This document shows positions 1 to 8,422 of a stretch of 43,854 nucleotides of DNA, piece after piece. Source of the DNA: an uncultured Anaerolineae bacterium (GTDB taxonomy: Bacteria > Chloroflexota > Anaerolineae > JAFGEY01); assembly GCA_964449465.1 (NCBI GenBank), contig CAYVBK010000015.1:64001-107854 (forward strand), in the 5' to 3' direction. A program made the position numbers and the translations under genes. Position 1 is the stretch's first letter. Every line of letters begins with the position of its first letter. The notes under the pieces were generated by a model that did no database searches, was not told the DNA's origin, and saw only the letters and a program-made list of their open reading frames with translations.

Positions 1-1823
1 TTTATCTGGGGCTACAGGATGGGCGGGGCTATGGCGTGTTTTGGGACATGCCGGCGCGCAGTCGTTTTGATTTTGGCTGTGCCGAGCCGGGCGTGACCTG
101 CTTTGAGGCCTATTGTGAAGACTGGCATGCCGATGAAACGCATCGCTATTATTTCTTTTATGGCCCCAGCCTGGCCGATGTGCTAAACCGCTACACCGAA
201 CTGACCGGGCGCATGATCATGCCGCCGCTATGGGCCTTGGGCTATCACCAAAACCGTTGGAGCTATTACCCCGAAGCGCGGGTGCGCCAGCTCGCCGCCG
301 AATTTCGGCAGCGACGCATCCCTTGCGAGGCCATTCACCTGGACATTGATTATATGGACGGCTATCGCTGCTTTACCTGGCACCCCAAACGCTTTCCCCA
401 CCCGGCACAACTCATCGCCGACCTGCACAGGGGTGGCTTTAAGGCAGTAGTGATGATCGATCCCGGCATCAAACAAGATCGAAATTATTGGGTGTATCAG
501 GATGGTTTGAAGAACGATGTGTTTTGCAAATATCCCGACGGGCGGCCGTTCAGCGGGCCGGTGTGGCCCGGCGAGTGCGTCTTTCCCGATTTTACCTCAG
601 AACGGGTGCGCCGTTGGTGGGGAGACCTGTATCGGGGTATGGTGGACCTGGGGGTAGATGGCTTTTGGAATGATATGAACGAGCCAGCGGTGTTGGGACA
701 GCAGGGCGACACGTTCCCCGATGTAGTGAGACACGACAGCGGAGGGTGTGGCACCGACCATGCCACCGTCCACAATGTCTATGGCATGCAGATGGCCCGC
801 GCTTCGGCCGAGGGGTTGATGCGCCTGCGCCCCAATGAGCGTCCGTTGGTGATCAGCCGGTCAGTGTGGGCGGGCAGCCAGCGTTACCACATGCATTGGC
901 TGGGCGACAATTTCAGCGAGTGGGAGAGTCTGTGCAACACAATGCCCCTCGTTTTGAACATGGGGCTGAGCGGTTTGCCGTTTACCGGGCCGGACACCGG
1001 CGGTTTTGCCGGCGACTCGCACGCCGAGTTGCTGATCCGTTGGAATCAGTTGAGCGCGTTTCTGCCCTTTTTCCGCAACCATTCGGCCAAAAACACCGCC
1101 GATCAAGAGCCATGGGTGTTTGGCCCCGACTGTGAGCGCATCAGCCGCCAATTCATCGAGCTGCGTTACCGCCTGTTGCCCTATATCTATACGACATTTT
1201 GGCAGTGCGCCCAAACCGGCCTGCCGATGGCCCGCCCGCTGTGCCTGGCTTTTCAAGATGATCGGCATGCCGCCGACATTGAGGATCAATTCATGTTGGG
1301 TGATGCGTTTTTGGTGGCCCCGGTGTACGAGCCAGGTGTCACCTTGCGGCGCGTCTATGTCCCGGCCGGGCGATGGTATGACTTTTGGAGCGGCGACCTG
1401 ATCGGCGGGCCGCAGATCACCCGCCTGGACGCGCCGCTGGATCGCCTGCCGCTGCTGGTGCGCGCCGGCAGCATTGTGCCGATGTGGCCGCTCATGCAGC
1501 ACACCGACGAACCGCCCCCGGATACGCTGATTTTGCATGTGTACCCTGGCTGCGGCGAGTCGTGGCTGTATGAGGATGACGGTCATACCTGGAATTTTCG
1601 GCAGGGCCAATACCGCCTGACCCGCCTGATCTGCGAATTAAACGGCCCAGAGCAGTTGCCCGGCGAGGTTCGCTTGCGGCGACAGGTAGAGGTCACTCCA
1701 TCTGATCCAACCGGACTGCCTGTGTACAAGCACGTGCAAGTATGCGTGCATGGCCCGGACGCGGCCTCTCGCACCGTCACCCTGGATGGGCAGCCGATTG
1801 AGCCTGTCGAAATCGAGCAATAA
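1..1823 (+). CDS. Glycoside hydrolase family 31 alpha-glucosidase, 5'-truncated at window edge
   Basis: The frame stays open back to base 3 with no stop (YLGLQDGRGYGVFWD...), so the true start lies upstream of the window. GH31 catalytic-nucleophile signature GVDGFWNDMNEP is present, as is the conserved HNxYG region. Stop TAA at 1821-1823. Confidence 0.85.
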   Translation, partial: YLGLQDGRGYGVFWDMPARSRFDFGCAEPGVTCFEAYCEDWHADETHRYYFFYGPSLADVLNRYTELTGRMIMPPLWALGYHQNRWSYYPEARVRQLAAEFRQRRIPCEAIHLDIDYMDGYRCFTWHPKRFPHPAQLIADLHRGGFKAVVMIDPGIKQDRNYWVYQDGLKNDVFCKYPDGRPFSGPVWPGECVFPDFTSERVRRWWGDLYRGMVDLGVDGFWNDMNEPAVLGQQGDTFPDVVRHDSGGCGTDHATVHNVYGMQMARASAEGLMRLRPNERPLVISRSVWAGSQRYHMHWLGDNFSEWESLCNTMPLVLNMGLSGLPFTGPDTGGFAGDSHAELLIRWNQLSAFLPFFRNHSAKNTADQEPWVFGPDCERISRQFIELRYRLLPYIYTTFWQCAQTGLPMARPLCLAFQDDRHAADIEDQFMLGDAFLVAPVYEPGVTLRRVYVPAGRWYDFWSGDLIGGPQITRLDAPLDRLPLLVRAGSIVPMWPLMQHTDEPPPDTLILHVYPGCGESWLYEDDGHTWNFRQGQYRLTRLICELNGPEQLPGEVRLRRQVEVTPSDPTGLPVYKHVQVCVHGPDAASRTVTLDGQPIEPVEIEQ

Positions 1824-1832
1824 CGCAGGTCT

Positions 1833-1918
1833 CGCTTGAGGGTATCGGAATCCCGAACTTGTTCGAGGACTTGGCACCCCACCCGCTTGAGAGTACCGGA
1901 ATCCCGAACTTGTTCGGG
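1833..1918. repeat. Two ~35-bp direct repeat units (period 51 bp), each holding the palindrome CCGAAC-TT-GTTCGG
   Basis: Unit 1 is cgcttgagggtatcggaatcccgaacttgttcgagg at 1833-1867. Unit 2 is cgcttgagagtaccggaatcccgaacttgttcgggc at 1884-1918. It lies between convergent genes. The minus-strand ORFs 1583..1921 and 1638..1928 simply translate this repeat. Confidence 0.7.
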
Positions 1919-1989
1919 CACACCCCACTCAGTGCGCTAAAATTGCCAGGTTGGGGACTCGCCACCGATCAGGGACCCCCGACAGCCTT

Positions 1990-3348
1990 CTAGGCCGCCT
2001 GCGCCCTGGCCCGCTGAAGCTGCCACAGCACAAACCGCACCCGCTGCGCCACCGCCGCCGAAATGTTCCACATCAACCGTGTGCCGAGTATGGCATCGTC
2101 TTCGCACAGAGCCAGCAGCCGCTCGCGAGAAAGGCTCAAGACGGTGGCACCCTCGGGGCCGGCGGCCAGGTCGGCGCTGCGCAGCCCCTGATCCAGCATC
2201 GCCAGCTCGCCGGCAATCTGTCCAGGCCGCAGCACGGCGGTTTTGTAGGGCTGCTGCGGACCGTCGGGTCCGTCGGGGTCTTTCCACACCTCCACCAACC
2301 CCTCTTGAATGATGTACAACTCGCTGCCGGCCTGAGCCTCTTGCACAATTGGCTCGCCGGGCAGATAATTTCGCGCCCGGCACTGGGCGGCCAGGCGGAT
2401 GCGCTGCGGCTGATTGAGATTGTTGCCAATGTCCGAGTGGGCCAAAAATTGGGCCACATCTTGCACGCGGAACAGTTCTTGATCGTCCACCGGCGCATGC
2501 AATTGATCGCCGGTCAGCGGCAGGCCCAAATAGGCGGCCACTAACCGCCGCACGGCGTCGGTGTTCTCAAACTGCGGCCAGTGCCCGGCCTGAGGCAAGA
2601 TGCGCAGGTCGGCGTCGGGCCACTCATCGGCGATCACGCCGGCATCGCGCAGCGGTACCGTATTGTCCTCTGCGCCCCAAATCACCAGCGCCGGCGTAGA
2701 CACCTGGCTCAATTGGCCGCTCAGGTTGTTTTCGCGCATAGCCACAAAGCACTCGGCCCGCGTGCGCCCCTGCCCCGGCCGACGGGCATCGGCGCGCAGC
2801 CGCTCATAATCCTGCCGGGTGATACCGCTGCGTTCGGCGAACGAAGCTGGCCGCATCAGCCGGTCGGTGATACCCACAAAAGTGCGCTCGACGCTGGACA
2901 CAATCAGGCTGCCCAGGCCAAACCGCTCCAGCATCGTGACCGGCGAAATGCCCAGGTTGATCATCAGCGAAAGGTTGCCGGTGATGGTCGGGCCAATCAA
3001 GACCATGCGCTCCACCAACACCGGATGGCGCAAGGCCATCGTGACACTGGTCATGCCCCCCATCGAATGTCCCACCAGCACGGCTGGCCCGTCGCCGATC
3101 TGGGCGATCAACTCGGCCAGCAGGTCGGCCAAAGCCGGAATGGTAGCTCGCTCGCTCAGCGGCGGCGACTCGCCATAGCCGGGCAGATCCACGGCGACGG
3201 CATAAAATCGCTGGCCGAGCAGCTTGAGCAGCGGCGACATGGCATACCACGAACTGGACCAGCCGTGAATCAGCAGAGCCAGTTGACGGTTGGGATTCCC
3301 TTCTTCGACCGTGTGCAGTTTTTGACCCAAAACGGTGTAAACAGACAT
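1990..3348 (-). CDS. Alpha/beta-hydrolase fold enzyme fused to a C-terminal CAP-type cyclic-nucleotide-binding domain
   Basis: N-terminal region is LLIHGW...GHSMGG (nucleophile elbow GxSxG). C-terminal region has the phosphate-binding cassette GELAML...RSADLAA typical of cNMP-binding domains. Start moved to the internal ATG at 3348 (MSVYTVLGQKLH...), which is preceded by AAGGGGG 7 nt upstream. Confidence 0.8.
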   Translation of the reverse strand: MSVYTVLGQKLHTVEEGNPNRQLALLIHGWSSSWYAMSPLLKLLGQRFYAVAVDLPGYGESPPLSERATIPALADLLAELIAQIGDGPAVLVGHSMGGMTSVTMALRHPVLVERMVLIGPTITGNLSLMINLGISPVTMLERFGLGSLIVSSVERTFVGITDRLMRPASFAERSGITRQDYERLRADARRPGQGRTRAECFVAMRENNLSGQLSQVSTPALVIWGAEDNTVPLRDAGVIADEWPDADLRILPQAGHWPQFENTDAVRRLVAAYLGLPLTGDQLHAPVDDQELFRVQDVAQFLAHSDIGNNLNQPQRIRLAAQCRARNYLPGEPIVQEAQAGSELYIIQEGLVEVWKDPDGPDGPQQPYKTAVLRPGQIAGELAMLDQGLRSADLAAGPEGATVLSLSRERLLALCEDDAILGTRLMWNISAAVAQRVRFVLWQLQRARAQAA

Positions 3349-3412
3349 ACTCGCCCCCTTGTCTTGCAATTGAACCTTTTGCGATTGTAACATAGACATA
3401 CACAAATCAGGA

Positions 3413-3513
3413 TTACAGTCGGGTTACAATGGGGGTATTGGTTAGTAGCGGATCAGCGGATCAGCGGGTTGGCGGGTTGACGGGGCGGCGAATCAGCGAA
3501 TCAGCGGGGCGTT
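3413..3513. repeat. 8-bp-periodic tandem array flanked by direct repeats GTTACAATGGGGG
   Basis: The array at 3437-3500 reads AGCGGATC AGCGGATC AGCGGGTT GGCGGGTT GACGGGGC GGCGAATC AGCGAATC AGCGGGGC. It is bounded by GTTACAATGGGGG at 3413-3425 and again at 3501-3513. It sits in the divergent intergenic region between the hydrolase-cNMP gene and the S2P gene. Confidence 0.7.
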
Positions 3514-3587
3514 ACAATGGGGGCGATTGCAGGGGGGATGCCACTCTGACTTGACAGAATGGTCAAAAACGGCTAAGCTACATTCTT

Positions 3588-4715
3588 ATGGAAAATCAAA
3601 ATGCCGAACCAACACTCGAAAACATCTCACGACTGGAAATCATCGGCCGGCTGCGCGCCTGCATCTTGCCGGTTTTGCCCGATGCCGAAACCCTGTGGAA
3701 TCAGAGCGACCAGCACAGCGTTCTGTTTCGCGGCCACCTGTCTGCCGACGCCGACACGGCCTTTGCGCAATTGCGCCAGTCTTTGGCCGGGTTGGGCTAT
3801 ACGCCGATCTTGCGCCATCAAGACGGTTATGATGTGGTGATCGCCATCCGGCACGTGTTTCAGGCCGGAGCCAACCGCTGGGTGATCAACCTGGTGCTGT
3901 TTTTGCTGACCCTGTGCACTACTACGGTGATGGGCGCGTGGATGGAGCAGTATGAGCAGGTGGGCGACAATGTCGGGCGGCTGTTCCAACAGCCCAGACT
4001 GCTCCTCGCCGGCCTGCCTGCCGCGCTGACGATCATGGGCATTTTGGGCGTTCACGAGTTGGCGCATTATTTTGTGGCCCGACGATACGGCCTGGATACC
4101 ACCCTGCCCTTTTTCATCCCGGTGCCGCTGGGCTTTGGCACATTTGGAGCGATCATCCGCATCCGCACGCCGTGGGAAAACCGCAAGGCTTTGTTTGATG
4201 TGGGCATTGCCGGGCCACTGGCCGGATTTTTGGTGGCTCTGCCCATTTTTGTGATTGGCATGTTCACCTCACCCATCAAGCCCATTCCATCAGACGCGGC
4301 CATGCTGGGCTCGCCGCTGCTCTTGCAATGGATCGAAAACTGGGTCGAGGCTCTTCGCGGTGTACCGCCCGGCTATGACACCTATCTCAACGCCATGTCG
4401 TTTGCCGCCTGGTTCGGGCTGGTTGTCACCGGGTTCAATCTCTTGCCGGTCGGTCAACTCGACGGCGGGCATGTGGCGTATGCGGTATTGGGGCCGTGGA
4501 CCAGGTACCTGAGCAGCCTGGTCATGCTGATTTTGCTTGGGCTGGGGCTGTTTATGTGGAACGGCTGGTTTGTCTGGGCGGCATTCATCATGCTCTCCGG
4601 CTGGCAGCACCCCGCCCCACTGAATACCCTGGCCCCATTGGGGCGCAAACGCAAGCTGATTGCCCTGCTGGCACTGTTCTTGCTCATCCTGCTTTTCACG
4701 CCCACGCCGATGTAA
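3588..4715 (+). CDS. Site-2 protease family (M50) zinc metalloprotease, membrane-embedded
   Basis: HExxH motif HELAHYF is present, as is the downstream LDGGH motif characteristic of M50/S2P. There are multiple hydrophobic TM segments. No obvious SD upstream of the ATG at 3588. Confidence 0.8.
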   Translation: MENQNAEPTLENISRLEIIGRLRACILPVLPDAETLWNQSDQHSVLFRGHLSADADTAFAQLRQSLAGLGYTPILRHQDGYDVVIAIRHVFQAGANRWVINLVLFLLTLCTTTVMGAWMEQYEQVGDNVGRLFQQPRLLLAGLPAALTIMGILGVHELAHYFVARRYGLDTTLPFFIPVPLGFGTFGAIIRIRTPWENRKALFDVGIAGPLAGFLVALPIFVIGMFTSPIKPIPSDAAMLGSPLLLQWIENWVEALRGVPPGYDTYLNAMSFAAWFGLVVTGFNLLPVGQLDGGHVAYAVLGPWTRYLSSLVMLILLGLGLFMWNGWFVWAAFIMLSGWQHPAPLNTLAPLGRKRKLIALLALFLLILLFTPTPM

Positions 4716-4757
4716 AGGCTCTGGTTCGACAGCCATCACCCGGCCCAAAAGTAGCCA

Positions 4758-4892
4758 CCTATGAGGCCGCTGAAAAAATCTATTTTTACCACAAAGGACA
4801 CTGAGAAAAGTTTTGCAATACTTGAGTTTTTAGGAATGCTTTGTGTCCTTTGTGTCTTGGTGGTGAGGGAGTTTTTCAGCACGCTCCTATGC
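4758..4892 (+). repeat. MITE-like palindromic dispersed repeat, copy A
   Basis: Termini read cctatgaggccgctgaaaaa ... tttttcagcacgctcctatg. Internal arms are ccacaaaggacac / gtgtcctttgtg. It is ~90% identical to copies at 17212-17349 (reverse orientation) and 23297-23436. The ORF 4761..5042 overlaps it and is rejected. Confidence 0.8.
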
Positions 4893-4962
4893 TATCAGGG
4901 TTATGTGGGCGTGCGGCACGCCCACGTGCCAGACTCTATCTATTCAGCTGGAACGAAACACA

Positions 4963-4996
4963 CCCAAAACGTAAAGGCCTGGACATATCAAATGCC
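4963..4996. terminator. Bidirectional rho-independent terminator
   Basis: The sequence is aaaGGCCTGG-acatatcaaatg-CCAGGCC-ttttt, between the convergent S2P (+) and amidohydrolase-like (-) genes. A second perfect 9-bp hairpin GTGGGCGTG-cgg-CACGCCCAC lies at 4905-4925. Confidence 0.6.
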
Positions 4997-5040
4997 AGGC
5001 CTTTTTATGTTGCCCTGTGAACCAGGCTGGTTCAATCTAT

Positions 5041-5090
5041 AGTGTACTCATTAGTACACCTTTGGTGTACTCGCTAGTATACTAATCATC
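5041..5090. promoter_or_regulatory. Phased array of GTRTACT half-sites (candidate protein-binding array)
   Basis: Sites are AGTGTACT (5041-5048), AGTACAC (5053-5059), GGTGTACT (5065-5072) and AGTATACT (5076-5083), at 11-23 bp spacings, immediately 3' of the gene ending at 5082. The same composite motif recurs at 8328-8358. Confidence 0.4.
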
Positions 5091-6281
5091 CAGATCAAAA
5101 TACTGTTGGGCGTTTTGCCCCAAAAGGCAGCGCAGCACTGTTACAGCATCCTGCTCATCCAACTCGTTGTGAGCCACCATCTCGGCCAGCATCGCCGCCA
5201 GATGCTCGCGGGCGATCCAGGCCTGGGCGCAGATCATCTCGATGACGACGGCCCCGCCACTGATGCCCAACAGCCGGTTCCAGGGCAAGCCTTGAATCCA
5301 GGTTTTCAGCACATGGCAGGCCAGAAACGGCGTCGTGCGCCACAGGTCGCCTACCCCCAGCATCAGGTGAGGCCGGCGGCATGCCAGCGACATAAGAGGG
5401 AACGGGTCGCCGCCCCGATAGAGAGCCACCAGGCGCGCCTGCGGATAGGCATCCAGCCAGGCAGCCAGGCGTTCGATCTGTGCCGGCTGGCTCACCTGAA
5501 CCATCAGCGGGCGATCGGCGCCGGACAGGGCGGACATGAGGCGGTGCAGCAAATAGCTCGACAGGGCTGGTTCGGCGGCCGCGTTGTCCGATTCGCGCCC
5601 CAACAGCCGCCCCAAAGCCCATTGCGCCTGGATCGGCGCCAGCATGACCGCGTCGGGCAGACGAGCGAGGGTAAAAGCCAGACAGCCCTGCTCGACGTTG
5701 CGGCTGACGACCTGCCGCAGCAATTCTTCCAATTGCCCCAGATTGGTGCAAGAGCCGTCTGGCCCCAAATCAGCCCGTTCGGTCGGCCAGATCAGCGGCT
5801 CGATGTCGCTCAGCCAGTTTGTTCCCGGTGTGGCCTCGCCGACGGGCCGGGCCACCAGCACGTGACGAATCTGTGCCTGCCGCAGCAGCAACTCGTACAT
5901 CCCGGCCGCGCCAGATTTCCACAAATAGGCCGAGATGTCTTTCCACGTTCGCTCGTTGATCTCTTCAATGTGAAACAACTCCCACACAGCCCGCAAAACA
6001 GCGCGCCCCAGACCGGTGGCGCGCCAACCCGGCCAGCGGGCGGCAAAGAGATTCCATCGCTCCAGCGGCGGCGCATTGATCTGGCCGAGCAACTCTTGCT
6101 CTGATTCGCTCAGCCCCAATGCGGTGATCTGGTCGGCGGCGCAGGCCAGGAACCACGAAAACAGGTCGTGTCGCTGTGTGGTGCGCGCACTCTCTGGCAG
6201 CAGGCGTTCATACACGTCAATGACCGGCGTCTGCTCGGCGGCTTCGAGCATGCGTTTGCTCAAATCGCGCGGTGTCTGCAT
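5082..6281 (-). CDS. Amidohydrolase-2-like (TIM-barrel) protein with degenerate metal site; hypothetical
   Basis: Balanced composition, unlike the R/Q/P-rich antisense ORF 5106..6104. N-terminal PVIDVYERL occupies the position of the amidohydrolase-2 IDxHxH motif, with the histidines replaced. C-terminus is LLGQNAQQYFDLDD, amidohydrolase-2-like. It is operonic with the upstream SEC-C gene (17-bp gap). Confidence 0.45.
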   Translation of the reverse strand: MQTPRDLSKRMLEAAEQTPVIDVYERLLPESARTTQRHDLFSWFLACAADQITALGLSESEQELLGQINAPPLERWNLFAARWPGWRATGLGRAVLRAVWELFHIEEINERTWKDISAYLWKSGAAGMYELLLRQAQIRHVLVARPVGEATPGTNWLSDIEPLIWPTERADLGPDGSCTNLGQLEELLRQVVSRNVEQGCLAFTLARLPDAVMLAPIQAQWALGRLLGRESDNAAAEPALSSYLLHRLMSALSGADRPLMVQVSQPAQIERLAAWLDAYPQARLVALYRGGDPFPLMSLACRRPHLMLGVGDLWRTTPFLACHVLKTWIQGLPWNRLLGISGGAVVIEMICAQAWIAREHLAAMLAEMVAHNELDEQDAVTVLRCLLGQNAQQYFDLDD

Positions 6282-6298
6282 TCATCCTCTCCCACTGG

Positions 6299-7153
6299 TC
6301 AGGTCAGTTTGATTTTGCTCTGTCCCCAGTTGACGATCCGGCGCAGGGTTTGGCCGCTCAATTTTTTGGCCGAAGGATCCTGGGCGGCTACGGCCGGCCG
6401 GCCTTCGCGATCGGCATAATCGAGGGCATAGTGGGTGAGCAAATAAGCGCGGTGGCGCAAAAATTCGGCCATGTCCGTGTCGGGATGATCGGTCAGGTAG
6501 GCCTGGCGCGCTTGCTGGATGAATTGGAGCAATTTTTCTTGCTCTTCGGCTGGCAAGACGGCGGTGGCACCGGCCAGCCGCAACCGCGTCTCGCCCGGTG
6601 CCATCCATTCGGGCAGAGGCCGCGCCAACAGAATTTGCCCCGCCTGGCCGTGCTGCGCCGCCGCCGTGTCGTGAATGATCAGAGCGCGGTCAAGCAGCAG
6701 GTCGCGGATGTGGACGCAGCCCTGGTCGGGATCGGTCTGCTCCAGCACAAAGGCACTGCCGGGCAGGCTGGCGATCCAGGCATCCAGGGTGACCGCCTCT
6801 GGCTCTTGCAGCGTGTTGGCCACCTCGTCGCGATATACCTCGATCAGACGGCGGCCGCGCGTCCGCAGAGTGTAATCGTGGGCAAACCAGTCAAAAAAGC
6901 GCAGCGACTCGTCTACGCTCATCTGATGGATGGTTTGGGCGGTATAGCGATCTTGCCAGAACAGCCCCAACCCTGCGGCCACATCCTGGACAAATTCGGG
7001 TTCGCGGGCAAAGCCGATCAGGGCGGCGCGCATATCGGACGCGGCGCGCTCCCAGGTCATTCGCTCGGCCTGCTCAGCCTTGTCACGGGCCATACAACAA
7101 CTTTTGTATTTTTTGCCGCTGCCACACGGGCAGAGATCGTTTCGTCCGGGCAT
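6299..7153 (-). CDS. SEC-C motif (SecA C-terminal-type zinc-binding motif) domain protein, motif at N-terminus
   Basis: NDLCPCGSGKKYKSCC begins at residue 5 of the trimmed protein. Start is set at ATG 7153 (MPGRNDLCPC...), with AAAGGA 8 nt upstream. The antisense ORF 6272..7252 is rejected for its junk composition. Confidence 0.7.
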   Translation of the reverse strand: MPGRNDLCPCGSGKKYKSCCMARDKAEQAERMTWERAASDMRAALIGFAREPEFVQDVAAGLGLFWQDRYTAQTIHQMSVDESLRFFDWFAHDYTLRTRGRRLIEVYRDEVANTLQEPEAVTLDAWIASLPGSAFVLEQTDPDQGCVHIRDLLLDRALIIHDTAAAQHGQAGQILLARPLPEWMAPGETRLRLAGATAVLPAEEQEKLLQFIQQARQAYLTDHPDTDMAEFLRHRAYLLTHYALDYADREGRPAVAAQDPSAKKLSGQTLRRIVNWGQSKIKLT

Positions 7154-7169
7154 ACGGGTATCCTTTCTA

Positions 7170-7201
7170 TGGTCAAATGCACTTGTGGTCGAATGCACTT
7201 G
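7170..7201. promoter_or_regulatory. Tandem 16-bp direct repeat TGGTC(A/G)AATGCACTTG x2 (candidate RHH/ParG operator or iteron)
   Basis: Copies at 7170-7185 and 7186-7201 are perfect apart from one base. They lie in the divergent region upstream of parA. Confidence 0.4.
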
Positions 7202-7263
7202 TTTTGTCTCAGTATACCTTACATTGACCTGTTTGGCAACCAGTTTTCATAAATCAAAAGGCA

Positions 7264-7272
7264 TGATATAAT
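7264..7272 (+). promoter_or_regulatory. Extended -10 promoter element TGATATAAT for the parA operon
   Basis: TGnTATAAT at 7264-7272, 28 nt upstream of the ATG at 7301 with GGAGAAG as RBS. A candidate -35 TTGACC sits at 7224-7229. Confidence 0.4.
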
Positions 7273-7300
7273 TCTCCAGTTCATTCTGAATGGAGAAGTC

Positions 7301-8050
7301 ATGCCTCGTGTGATCGCCATTGCCAATCAAAAGGGCGGTGTGGGCAAAACCACCACCACCCTGAACCTGGGCGCAGCCCTGGCCGAGCGCGGCCGCACCG
7401 TGCTGCTGGTTGACCTGGACCCGCAAAGCTCGCTCACCATCGCCTGCGGCCTGGATGCCGAGGGTCGCAGCATGCACGAGGTGTTGGGCAGCGCGACGGT
7501 CGGCAGCAAAACCGTGCGCGATATCACCTGCCCGGTGGCGACTCGACTGTTCTTGGCTCCGTCTGACATTGCTCTATCACGCAGCGAGGCCGGCCTGATC
7601 GTGCGCATGGGGCGCGAGGCGGTACTCAAAGAGGCACTGGCCCCGGTGCGGGCCGACTATGTGCTGATTGACTGCCTGCCCAGCCTGGGCATTCTCACCA
7701 TCAATGCATTGGTGGCCGCGCATGGGGTGCTGATTCCCACCCAATGCGAGTACCTGGCCCTGCGCGGCATTGCCTTGTTTTATCAAACGCTGCACGAGGT
7801 GCGCCGCCTTAACCCCGACCTGAGCGTGCGAGGCATTTTGCCCACTTTTTATGACAGTCGCCTGGTGCATGCTCGCGAGGTGTTGGAGGCCATGAAGAAC
7901 AAGGGACTGCCGGTGCTGCCCGTCACAGTAGGACGGTCGGTGCGCTTTGCCGAAGCAGCCCTGGCCGGGGCGAGCATCCTGGCGTATGACCGGAACAATC
8001 CGGGTGCCGAAGCGTATCGTCAACTGGCCGAGGTGATTGATGAGTCCTAA
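7301..8050 (+). CDS. parA: ParA/Soj/MinD-family partition ATPase (small type Ib ParA, no N-terminal HTH)
   Basis: Deviant Walker [15 protein letters not shown] is present. Length of 249 aa. SD GGAGAAG precedes the start. The 3' end overlaps the next gene by 14 nt. Confidence 0.9.
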   Translation: MPRVIAIANQKGGVGKTTTTLNLGAALAERGRTVLLVDLDPQSSLTIACGLDAEGRSMHEVLGSATVGSKTVRDITCPVATRLFLAPSDIALSRSEAGLIVRMGREAVLKEALAPVRADYVLIDCLPSLGILTINALVAAHGVLIPTQCEYLALRGIALFYQTLHEVRRLNPDLSVRGILPTFYDSRLVHAREVLEAMKNKGLPVLPVTVGRSVRFAEAALAGASILAYDRNNPGAEAYRQLAEVIDES

Positions 8051-8330
8051 AAAACGCCCTGTTTTGACCGGCGAAGCAATGGACGATTTGTTTGCCCCCA
8101 CCGGGTCAGCCCGTTCGCCGTCGCCATATGACCAGAAATTTGCCCGCCACACCTACCGCATCAGCGACGACCTGCACCTCAAGCTGACGCAGATCGCCCA
8201 GGAAAAGGGGGTCGGGCTGAATGACCTGGTGCGCTATATTTTTCAAACTTTTGTGCGACAATATGAGGCCGATCAGGTAGACCTGCCGGTGCGCGAATAT
8301 GTGGTGACTCGCTCGCGGCTGAGCGATTGA
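8037..8330 (+). CDS. Ribbon-helix-helix (ParG/CopG-like) small DNA-binding protein, ParA partner
   Basis: 97 aa with a disordered N-tail plus a C-terminal RHH ([29 protein letters not shown]). Its start overlaps the parA stop. Confidence 0.65.
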   Translation: MMSPKKRPVLTGEAMDDLFAPTGSARSPSPYDQKFARHTYRISDDLHLKLTQIAQEKGVGLNDLVRYIFQTFVRQYEADQVDLPVREYVVTRSRLSD

Positions 8331-8358
8331 GTATACCATCAGTACACTATGAGTATAC
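8328..8358. promoter_or_regulatory. GAGTATACC-n-AGTACAC-n-GAGTATACT composite motif (same family as 5041-5090)
   Basis: GAGTATACC at 8328-8336, AGTACAC at 8340-8346 and GAGTATACT at 8350-8358, with a 22-bp spacing of the GTATAC cores. Immediately 3' of the RHH gene. Confidence 0.4.
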
Positions 8359-8422
8359 TATTCAGTTTACCTGCTTGTGTGGAAAAGCTGGCCGTTACGT
8401 TTGAACATTGAAGGATGGATGG

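Noticed and set aside
1833-1918. Possible CRISPR array.
   Set aside because: Only two repeat units with a 16-bp 'spacer' and no cas genes. No other repeat-spacer array is present in the window.
1583-1928. Minus-strand ORFs 1583..1921 and 1638..1928 with internal SGFRY(S/P)QA repeats.
   Set aside because: They are artefacts of translating the 35-bp direct repeat.
4761-5042. ORFs 4761..5042, 17165..17437, 23380..23757 and 23385..23714 overlapping the MITE-like repeats.
   Set aside because: They are translations of a multi-copy palindromic repeat. They are not conserved in frame between copies and have no RBS.
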